DNA of 47,400 bases, taken from NCBI GenBank assembly GCA_002269645.1, contig NIVC01003574.1, forward strand, positions 42,998-90,397, read 5' to 3'. The stretch comes from Macrostomum lignano. Taxonomy: Eukaryota. Of this stretch, positions 38,525-47,400 are shown piece after piece (position 1 is the first letter of the stretch; every line of letters begins with the position of its first letter). Below the pieces are notes generated by a model. It saw nothing but the letters and a program-made list of their open reading frames with translations, made no database searches and was not told the origin of the DNA. The translations under genes and the position numbers were made by a program.

Positions 38525-39888
38525 ATGCACCTGGAGTTCTGTTATACCTGCGGCGCTATGCTGCCGGCCTATTGGGAGTCGCAGGTGGCCTGCTCAGCTT
38601 GCAAGAGAGTCACCTGCTTGGCCTGGTTCTCCGATTGTCCGCCTGCCCAGTTTCAGCTGCTGTTCGAGTCCAACTCTGCCGCTGAACAACAGGCCGATGA
38701 CGAGGCTGATGGTCCAGACTCTGATGCTGAAGGCTGCGATCAGGAGAGAGCTCCCGTAGATCCTAAGTGAGTGGCTGCTCAAGTAATGCTTGCCAGCACC
38801 ATGTTGATTGAGTTGGTTGGGAAGCAGCTTTGGGTCTTTCTAGTTAGTTCGCATATTGGGCTTTGACCACTGTGGCAAGATCAGAAGACAAGCAGTCTTG
38901 CCCATTCCGCTGACTCATACAATGCTTAAGCAGGCACGCTCAGACAGAACGACTTAAGTAAATTAGAGCGGGAAACTTCATTTCTTAGAAAATATTTGAT
39001 GGCTGGCTTTATATGAGAAATTCAATATTCTATTGACGTACCGAAATTTACTGAATTTGCATTGTATTTTTAGTGTAAAACCGGCCTTCAAATATTTTCC
39101 AAGAAACTGAAATTTACTGAATTCGCATTGTATTTTTTAGTGTAAAAGCGGCCTTCAAATATTTTCCAAGAAACTGAAATTTACTGAATTTGCATTGTAT
39201 TTTTTGTGTAAAACCGGCCTTCAAATATTTTCCAAGAAACAGAAATTTACTGATTTTGCATTGTATTTTTTAGTGTAAAACCGGCTTTCAAATATTTTCC
39301 AAGAAACTGAAATTTACCATCTTTCACGAGTGACGCAGATGCGCTTTAGATGCAACTCAGTGATTCTACAGCGACTCTAGCGCGCCTCAGATACGGCTCT
39401 ACGGCCACAAAGTTGTTTCCGAGTCGAGTCGCAAACGAAACGCCTCAAATTGACTCTTAGGCGACTCTGCTGAATTTTTACCGACTTGACATCTCGTCGT
39501 TTTAGAGTCGTCTAAGAGTCTCTTCTGGTCACTTGCTCTGCCCCTCAGTGCCCTCTTCCCCACCCTACCCGGCAGATTCGCCAAGCTCGTAGCCAGCGTC
39601 CGTCGCGAACTGATCGGCGGCGAGATGGAGGCGGACGACGACGCGGACGGCGGCAGCTCCCGGCACCGGCAGAAGCAGCAGCGCCGCAGGCTGCAAAAGC
39701 AGCAACAGCAGCAGCAGGAGTCAGAGAATCAGGACGGTATCAGCTTGCCAACTGTGCGCAGAGAGTGCCAGCACTGCGGTTGCGACAGAATGTACTACAG
39801 AACTATGCAGACCAGATCGGCTGACGAGGGCCAGACTGTGGTGTACACGTGTACCAGTTGCAGCAGGACCGAAGTGGAATTCTCCTGA
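38525..39888 (+). CDS. POLR1H: RNA polymerase I subunit RPA12 (ZNRD1), ~184 aa; join(38525-38766, 39576-39888)
   Basis: N-terminal Zn ribbon FCYTCGAMLP...CSAC and C-terminal TFIIS-like ribbon CQHC...QTRSADEGQTVVYTCTSC. Phase-2 intron AA|GTGAGT...GGCAG|A. Total 555 nt. Confidence 0.9.
39043..39317. repeat. 66-bp tandem repeat (~4 copies) in the RPA12 intron
   Basis: AAATTTACTGAATTTGCATTG...CCAAGAAACTG recurs at a 66-67-nt period. Confidence 0.92.
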
Positions 39889-40837
39889 TCTTTGTCTCTT
39901 GTCTGTTGCGGATTGCCCTGTCAAGTAACTGATTGAATTATTAATTAGAATTTATTGCTAGTCTAGCGGATTGCTTGTTTAGCTAGGATGGATCACAGTT
40001 CCTAGAGTAACTAGATGGGCCACTCAGCACATTTGCGTGCAAGCTACTTTCAGTTCAGTAGTAAGTTAAACTGAAGCATTTTTATGTATTTTTAAAGACA
40101 AGCTCATTTATTGGCTCTTACCCACAAACTTAAACCCTCAAACTCCACACAGAACCTCTACCCCTGCCCTGCCACCCAGTTTTTATTACATTCTTCGGTT
40201 GTTCCAGCCTAAAGCTGCCATGTACGTTTCAGTGGTCAATGTACATTATGGCTGAACCCATTAGCAAGCTGTTTACGTCTGCAAACTTGGGCTTCTAATA
40301 AACTTATCAAAGTCATTTCAGCTGCCTTTATTTTATAAAATAGCTTATGTATTCTTCATTGCTACTGAACTGAAAGTAGAATGCTGTTTTACTAAGTATA
40401 TATGCCTGAGTGGCCCATCTCTTAGTAGAACGTAACGCGCTAGTTTAGCTATCATGAATAGGAATTGTCATTCTTGGCAATTGAGAACACAAGATTTTAG
40501 ATGCAGTGCTTTGCTCTAACGCATGTTTATCATTGCCAGTGCATTTTTTCATATACTTGAGTACAAATACAAGCATAATAAAACTCATTTAGAACAGGTC
40601 ATAAACACGTGGCTGAAATCATGTGTGTCCTCTTGAGTGTGAAAGCTTAGAGTGTTGATAGGTTGCAACTCAATTCTGTGTCAATCGTGTATGACAATAA
40701 ATGCTAATAAACAAACACGCATCACTGCTCTAAATTGGAAGTGTTTTTTTGTCAGAATAATTTCTCTTTGTGAGTAGAACGATAAAATGTTCGAGAAGGT
40801 TTAGATTAGAGAAAATTTGTGAGCTTTGTTGCTGAAT

Positions 40838-42120
40838 TTGCATGCTTTAGTAGGGTGTGAATGCGTGCTTTAGTAGGGTGTGAATGCATGCTTTAGTAGG
40901 GTGTGAATGCGTGCTTTAGTAGGGTGTGAATGCGTGCTTTAGTAGGGTGTGAATGCGTGCTTTAGTAGGGTGTGAATGCGTGCTTTAGTAGGGTGTGAAT
41001 GCGTGCTTTAGTAGGGTGTGAATGCGTGATTTAGTAGGGTGTGAATGCGTGCTTTAGTAGGGTGTGAATGCATGCTTTAGTAGTATGTGAATGTATGCTT
41101 TAGTAGGGTGTGAATGCATGCTTTAGTAGGGTGTGAATGCATGCTTTAGTAGTATGTGAATGCATGCTTTAGTAGGGTGTGAATGCATGCTTTAGTAGTA
41201 TGTGAATGTATGCTTTAGTAGGGTGTGAATGCATGCTTTAGTAGTATGTGAATGTATGCTTTAGTAGGGTGTGAATGCATGCTTTAGTAGGGTGTGAATG
41301 CATGCTTTAGTAGTATGTGAATGTATGCTTTAGTAGGGTGTGAATGCATGCTTTAGTAGGGTGTGAATGCATGCTTTAGTAGTATGTGAATGCATGCTTT
41401 AGTAGTATGTGAATGTATGCTTTAGTAGGGTGTGAATGCATGCTTTAGTAGGGTGTGAATGCATGCTTTAGTAGGGTGTGAATGCGTGCTTTAGTAGGGT
41501 GTGAATGCGTGATTTAGTAGGGTGTGAATGCGTGCTTTAGTAGGGTGTGAATGCATGCTTTAGTAGTATGTGAATGTATGCTTTAGTAGGGTGTGAATGC
41601 ATGCTTTAGTAGTATGTGAATGTATGCTTTAGTAGGGTGTGAATGCATGCTTTAGTAGGGTGTGAATGCATGCTTTAGTAGTATGTGAATGCATGCTTTA
41701 GTAGGGTGTGAATGCATGCTTTAGTAGTATGTGAATGCATGCTTTAGTAGGGTGTGAATGCATGCTTTAGTAGTATGTGAATGTATGCTTTAGTAGGGTG
41801 TGAATGCATGCTTTAGTAGGGTGTGAATGCATGCTTTAGTAGTATGTGAATGTATGCTTTAGTAGGGTGTGAATGCATGCTTTAGTAGGGTGTGAATGCA
41901 TGCTTTAGTAGTATGTGAATGCATGCTTTAGTAGTATGTGAATGTATGCTTTAGTAGGGTGTGAATGCATGCTTTAGTAGGGTGTGAATGCATGCTTTAG
42001 TAGGGTGTGAATGCATGCTTTAGTAGTATGTGAATGTATGCTTTAGTAGGGTGTGAATAGATTAAGTAGGGTGTGAATAGATAAGTAAGGTGTGAATAGA
42101 TAAGTAAGGTGTGAATAGAA
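40838..42120. repeat. 23-bp minisatellite (GCTTTAGTAGGGTGTGAATGCAT)
   Basis: About 53 units with AGTAGG/AGTAGT variants; decays towards 42120. Confidence 0.96.
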
Positions 42121-42155
42121 TAAGAATGGTGTCAATGCTCTGTTAGGTTGTGAAT

Positions 42156-42656
42156 ATGGCAGAAACAAGTTCTTCCTTAGACTGCGCATTGAAGTCAGCC
42201 TTGACCCCATTTCAGCGCATTCGTCGCCAGATCCAGGTGCTAATCCAGTTGCTAGGCAAACGCTCCGATCCCGGCAGGCCGCTCGCATCCGCCGTGCTCA
42301 CCGCCTACCTGCGCCGGCGCCAGTTGCCGCCTTGGACGGCGTTTTTCCTGCACCGCGGTCAGGTGATCAACGATCAGTGGGGCCTGAGCCACTTCAACTG
42401 GCCAGTGGAGGGTGGCAACTATCACGTACTGCGCACCGGCTGCTATCCATACGTGAAGTACCACTGCACCAGGGCTCCACCGGACCCCGGCCTGCTCAGC
42501 CAGGACCGGTTCTACACCTGTTTGAAGGCGGCTAATTTTGGTCTGCCAACTCTGGCCTACGGCTTGGCGGCCAGGTTCCTAGCCAAGCACTCGGAGTCTA
42601 TTAGCGTTGAAAACCGCCAGGTCACCGTGTACTTTTGGATGGCTGAGACCTGGTAG
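42156..42656 (+). CDS. C15orf61: C15orf61 (DUF4528) homolog
   Basis: ASAVLTAYL...LPPWTAF...[39 protein letters not shown] matches recalled human ASEVLTRHL...LPHWTSF...[37 protein letters not shown]. The start codon is uncertain. Confidence 0.9.
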   Translation: [166 protein letters not shown]

Positions 42657-42683
42657 CGGCCAATCTCTGCACTCATATCAGCC

Positions 42684-42965
42684 ATGGCCAATTTCGGTGC
42701 ATTCAATTATTGGCCAACATTCTGGGGCTATCTGCTCATCTTCCTGTGTCTGTGGGGCCTGGCAACTCTGCTCAGACTCATTCTGATGCTGCTCTACAGC
42801 TGCCTCAGCAGCCTATGGAATCTAATTCGGTCACAGAGGAAGCCAGCTAGCCAAGAAATGAGCAGTACTCCTGCTACTACTAATAGTAACTCAATTAGTC
42901 AGGTAGAAGAGCTGCCGACTGACTCGCATTCAGAAGAATCTGATATTAAAGATGACAGTTATTAG
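42684..42965 (+). CDS. Putative small single-pass membrane protein (93 aa)
   Basis: Strong Kozak context (GCCATGG), a hydrophobic segment FWGYLLIFLCLWGLATLLRLILMLLYSCL and an acidic tail. No family recognised. Confidence 0.45.
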   Translation: MANFGAFNYWPTFWGYLLIFLCLWGLATLLRLILMLLYSCLSSLWNLIRSQRKPASQEMSSTPATTNSNSISQVEELPTDSHSEESDIKDDSY

Positions 42966-43087
42966 TGTGTGATTACTTTGTGTCTGTACTGAGGTTTGAT
43001 CTCGTGAGTTCAGTTAATTTTAAACAGCGATTGAGCCGTCACTTGCTTATTTTGTCATTTTTAACTGATTATACTTTTTTAACAGTA

Positions 43088-44101
43088 TTGCATTTCCTGT
43101 ATCTGAGGCGTGCCATTTCTGTATCTGAGGGGTGCCATTTCTGTATCTGTGGCGTGCCATTTCTGTATCTGAGGGGTGCCATTTCTGTATCTGAGGCGTG
43201 CCATTTCTGTATCTGAGGCGTGCCATTTCTGTATCTGAGGGGGTGCCATTTCTGTATCTGAGGGGTGCCATTTCTGTATCTGAGGGGTGCCATTTCTGTT
43301 CTGAGGGGTGCCATTTCTGTATCTGAGGGGGCCATTTCTGTTCTGAGGCGTGCCATTTCTGTATCTGAGGGGTGCCATTTTTGTTTCTGAGGGGTGCCAT
43401 TTCTGTATCTGAGGGGGTGCCATTTTTGTTTCTGAGGGGTGCCATTTCTGTCTGAGGCGTGCCATTTCTGTATCTGAGGTGTGCCATTTCTGTATCTGTG
43501 GCGTGCCATTTCTGTATCTGAGGCGTGCCATTTTTGTTTCTGAGGGGTGCCATTTCTGTATCTGTGGGGTGCCATTTTGTTTCTGAGGGTGCCATTTCTG
43601 TATCATCTGTGGGGATGCCATTTCTGTTTCTGAAGGGTGCCATTTCTGTATCATCTGTGGGGATGCCATTTCTGTATCTGTGGGGTGCCATGTCTGTATC
43701 ATCTGTGGGGGTGCCATTTCTGTTTCTGAAGGGTGCCATTTCTGTATCATCTGTGGGGATGCCATTTCTGTATCATCTGTGGGGTGCCATTTCTGTTTCT
43801 GAAGGGTGCCATTTCTGTATCATCTGTGGGCATGCCATTTTTGTATCATCTGTGGGCATGCCATTTTTGTATCATCTGTGGGGGTGCCATTTCTGTTTCT
43901 GAAGGGTGCCATTTCTGTATCATCTGTGGGGATGCCATTTCTGTATCTGTGGGGTGCCATGTCTGTATCATCTGTATCTGTGGGGGTGCCATTTCTGTAT
44001 CTGAAGGGTGCCATTTCTGTTTCTGGGGGTTGCCATTTCTGTTTCTGAGGGGTGCCATTTTTGCTTCTGAGGAGTGCCATTTTTGCTTCTGAGGGGTGCC
44101 A
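43088..44101. repeat. ~20-23-bp minisatellite (GTGCCATTTCTGTATCTGAGG) with higher-order variants
   Basis: About 48 units; explains the MAPLRYRNG ORFs. Confidence 0.95.
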
Positions 44102-44409
44102 GTTGTGTAACTGAGTGAAAATCAAAATAATCCCAATTTGGCGTCATCTTGTCTTCTTATTGATTTTGCATTTTGTTTATAGCATGTTGTGTAGAACAGA
44201 ATAGGTCAAATTTAGTGATATTGAAATGTAAAGTTTATTATTTTTTTTGCGCAAAAATGGAAGCATGCGGCATAACTTAACTGCGTGCTCTTCTGCTTTA
44301 GTTGCCTGCTATGCGTGGAAGTTGTCTGAAACCATATCGTCACTACTTTTTCGTTTAAATACAATTGTACTTTGGAATGTTCTAGTTTGTGCTTGTTTAT
44401 TTATTTGCT

Positions 44410-44859
44410 TGATTGGTCAGGCTAGAATGCACAGGTAATTATCGGATTAGTCAGGCTAGATTGCACAGGTGATTATCTGATTGGTCAGGCTAGAATGTAC
44501 AGGTGATTATCTGATTGGTCAGGCTAGAATGCACAGGTGATTATCTGATTGGTCAGGCTAGAATGCACAGGTGATTATCTGATTGGTCAGGCTAGATTGC
44601 ACAGGTGATTATCTGATTGGTCAGGCTAGAATGCACAGGTGATTATCTGATTGGTCAGGCTAGAATGCACTGATTATCTGATTGGTCAGGCTAGAAGCAC
44701 AGGTGATTATCTGATTGGTCAGGCTAGAATGTACAACTGATTATCTGATTGGTCAGGCTAGAATGCACAGGTGATTATCTGATTGGTCAGGTTAGTATGC
44801 ACAGGTGATTATCTGATTTGTCAGGTTAGTATGCACAGGTGATTATCTGATTGGTCAGG
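44410..44859. repeat. 34-bp minisatellite (GGTCAGGCTAGAATGCACAGGTGATTATCTGATT)
   Basis: About 13 units at a 34-nt period, ending exactly at the LTR. Confidence 0.95.
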
Positions 44860-45071
44860 TGTTATGTCTTCTTCTCCGACGTGGAGCTGCTACATTTAAG
44901 TAAGAAGACAATGATTCGCTTAAGCGGTTCGAGCTATCGTTTTGCTCCGGTTGATACAAACTCCTCTTAGGATTCATCTTGTAACTACTTTATTATAAAA
45001 TAATAGGTTGTGCCCTAGACAACAAACATTGGGCTGGGGGCATACTCTGTCTTCTCTGCTAATATACAACA
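44860..45071 (-). mobile_element. 3' LTR (~212 bp) of the Gypsy element
   Basis: On the minus strand it starts TGTTG right after the PPT AAAAGGGGAA (45081-45072), ends ...ATAACA, and contains AATAAA. Confidence 0.75.
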
Positions 45072-45115
45072 TTCCCCTTTTGTCAATAAAAAGTTGCATT
45101 GTCAGTTATCCGGAA

Positions 45116-47397
45116 TTATTCACTGTATTGCAACCAATCCGGTTTTCTCAATTTGCTTCGATCCCTCAGTATCCTTGTGCCCACGCCTTCTGCTCCAGGG
45201 TCAGCGTCATCCTGGTCTGTGTCCGCTGCCTGAGATTCTCCTCGGCTTGGCACGTCTTGGACCGGTTGAGTTGATTCACTCTCTCGCCGCTCTTTCTCGG
45301 TGGTAGTTTTGTCGCTCTGAACTCTCCTAGGATCCTTCAGAATAGGCGGTAGGTGATGAGCCTCCGGCTTGTTCTGTCCAGGTAATTCTGCACTGACAAT
45401 TTGGTCGACGTGTCGCTTCCAGACTTGTCCGTTAACCAACAATCTATAGGACAGCGGTTCTGTGCGGGCGATCACCTTGGCAGAAATCCACCTGTTCTCT
45501 CGCTCCCTTCTGAAGTCCAACGTCAGAACTGAGTCTCCTTCTTGAAATTCTCGAATAGTTGATCCTCTCTCTATTTGTCGTTCAGTGACATCCGTCTGCT
45601 TGTTTAACACTCTTGAGTAAGCATCTGGCTTGAGTAAATCCAACCGTGTCCTGCGACTGTAGCATAACATCATCTCTGCTGGTGTTCTACCGGTTGTTGA
45701 ATGAGGTGTACTGCGGTAGCGGAACAGAAAGTTCTGCATGCTCAAGATTGGATCACCGTGAGTCTTAATTCCTGCTTTGATGACAGACTTTGCTGTTTGC
45801 ACCATTCTTTCACTAAGTCCGTTGGTACGCGGATGTCCAACAGCTGTCAAAATCTGTCGGATGTTATTCCGCTCTAGGAAAGTACGGAACTCAGCTGAGC
45901 AGAATTGGCTACCATTGTCACTCAACACTTGCTGTGGGATGCCAAATCGTGCGAACGTTTCTCGTAGACATTCTATCGTCCTGTTGGTAGTTGCGTGCTT
46001 CATGGGAAAGATCTCAACCCATTTACTTGTTGCATCGACTATAACAAGCCAGTAGTATCCATGGAATGGTCCCATGTAGTCCTGTTGAATTCGAGTCCAA
46101 GGCCTTTCTGGCCAGACAAGAGGCTGAACTGGTGCTTGTGCAGGCAAATTCCTTTGCAGCTGACAGCCTTCACAACTACGGACTAGGGCTTCTATAGCCT
46201 TGTCGATTCCTGGGAACCATACATGCAGTCTAGCTATGGATTTCATTGCAACAATTCCCGGATGTCCATCATGAAGCAGTTCTAACACAACCTGTTGTAC
46301 GATTCTTGGAATAATGACTCTTACTCCCCAAAACAGCACACCTTGCTCAATGCACAACTCGTTCCGCTTCCTGAAGTACTGCTCCAGCTCTTGCTCACAG
46401 GTTTCTGGCCAACCATTTTGACAGTATCGAAGAACTCTCTGAAGCTGTGAATCTTTCTGTGTCTCGGTTCGTATTGTTTCTGCGTTGACTGGTAGCATTT
46501 CTAGCCTGACCTCCAAGACACGATCAACCTTGCTGATATTACCAGGCACTGGGAGACGTGAAAGTGCGTCAGCATTCGAATGATCCTCTGTTCTTCTGAA
46601 TTTCATGGTATACTGATGGGCAGAAAGCAACACGGCCCAGCGCTGTAGTCTGCTTGCTGCTATGCTCGGAATGTCCTTCTTATCTCCAAAAATGGTCAGT
46701 AGGGGTTTATGGTCAGTCACTAGTATAAAATGATGTCCAAAAAGATATTGGTGAAATCTTTTAACTCCGAAGACGATGGCCAGCGCTTCTTTCTCTAGTT
46801 GAGAGTAGTTGATCTCAGGTTTTGTTAGAGTTCTCGAAGCAAACGCTACAGGCCTTTCCTCGCCATTCGGCATCAAATGTGAGATGACACACCCGATTCC
46901 ATATTTGGAGGCGTCCGTTTGCAACACAAGCTGCTTCTTAGGATCAAAATGAGCCAGAACACGCTCAGAAGTTAGAGTTGCCTTCACTTTCTCGAATGCT
47001 GCCGAACACGCTTCACTCCAATGAAACTCTGCGTCTTTGTGCAACAGTCTGTTGAGAGGTACCAGTATTGATGATAGGTTTGGAATAAACTTCCCATAAT
47101 AGCTGATCATCCCTATCAAGGAACGAACCTCTGACACGTTAGTTGGTGTTGGAGCTTCATGAATTGCCTGAACTTTCTCTTTCGAGGATGGATTCCCGAT
47201 TCATCGATAACATAGCCCAAGAATTCAATTCTGTTTAGGCGGAATTCACACTTTTTCCTATTCAAATGCACACCGTGAGCTAAAAGACGTTCTAATACAG
47301 CTTCCAACCTTTTGTCGTGGTCTTCCAAACAACTGCCGGATACAAGAATGTCGTCTATATAGACAACTACTTCCAAGCCTTGTAAAATTTTCTCCAT
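45116..47397 (-). CDS. Gypsy Pol (RT thumb, RNase H, integrase) with one 1-bp frameshift near 47186
   Basis: YIDDILV (RT), LQTDASKYGIG...FASRTL...YSQLEKEALAI (RNase H), HDGHPG..MK..AR..VWFPG..C..C (zinc finger), IVDATSK / SDNGSQF / TNGLSERMV (DDE integrase). Confidence 0.95.
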
Positions 47398-47400
47398 CGC

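Larger units (their letters stand above)
44860..47400 (-). mobile_element. Ty3/Gypsy LTR retrotransposon, 3' part (truncated by the window end)
   Basis: Pol domain order RT-RNaseH-integrase, followed by a PPT and an LTR. Confidence 0.95.

Noticed and set aside
43047-44125. MAPLRYRNGTP-type ORFs
   Set aside because: Minisatellite translations in multiple frames.

Overview
Eukaryotic (invertebrate animal) genomic DNA. GC-rich, CAG/GCC-rich exons sit in AT-rich, repeat-dense DNA, and roughly a fifth of the window is made of at least 16 unrelated micro/minisatellite arrays. This style suggests a flatworm such as Macrostomum (inference only). Host genes supported by the sequence: a rhodopsin-type FMRFamide-receptor-like GPCR broken by several 1-bp deletions (~0.7-2.9 kb, +); a long intronless Tctex-1-domain protein (8.5-10.35 kb, +); a six-exon SPATS1 homolog whose intron holds a 2.3-kb (GATA)n (16.4-21.1 kb, -); a GT32/DxD glycosyltransferase with a GC-AG intron (-), head-to-head with RNA polymerase I subunit RPA12/POLR1H (+); and a C15orf61 (DUF4528) homolog followed 27 bp later by a small membrane-protein ORF. 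Mobile elements: a complete 7.6-kb CACTA/EnSpm (CMC) transposon (22369-29965; perfect 21-bp TIRs, TA TSD), two MITEs, a fold-back element, and the 3' half of a Ty3/Gypsy retrotransposon with PPT and LTR. The most striking observation is the cargo of the CACTA element. Besides an intact spliced transposase and a coiled-coil/BEN-domain gene, it carries a spliced gene whose N-terminal domain resembles the OB fold (DUF4539) of HROB/MCM8IP, the ssDNA-binding activator of the MCM8-9 repair helicase. All protein family assignments come from motif recognition and recalled sequences, not database searches.
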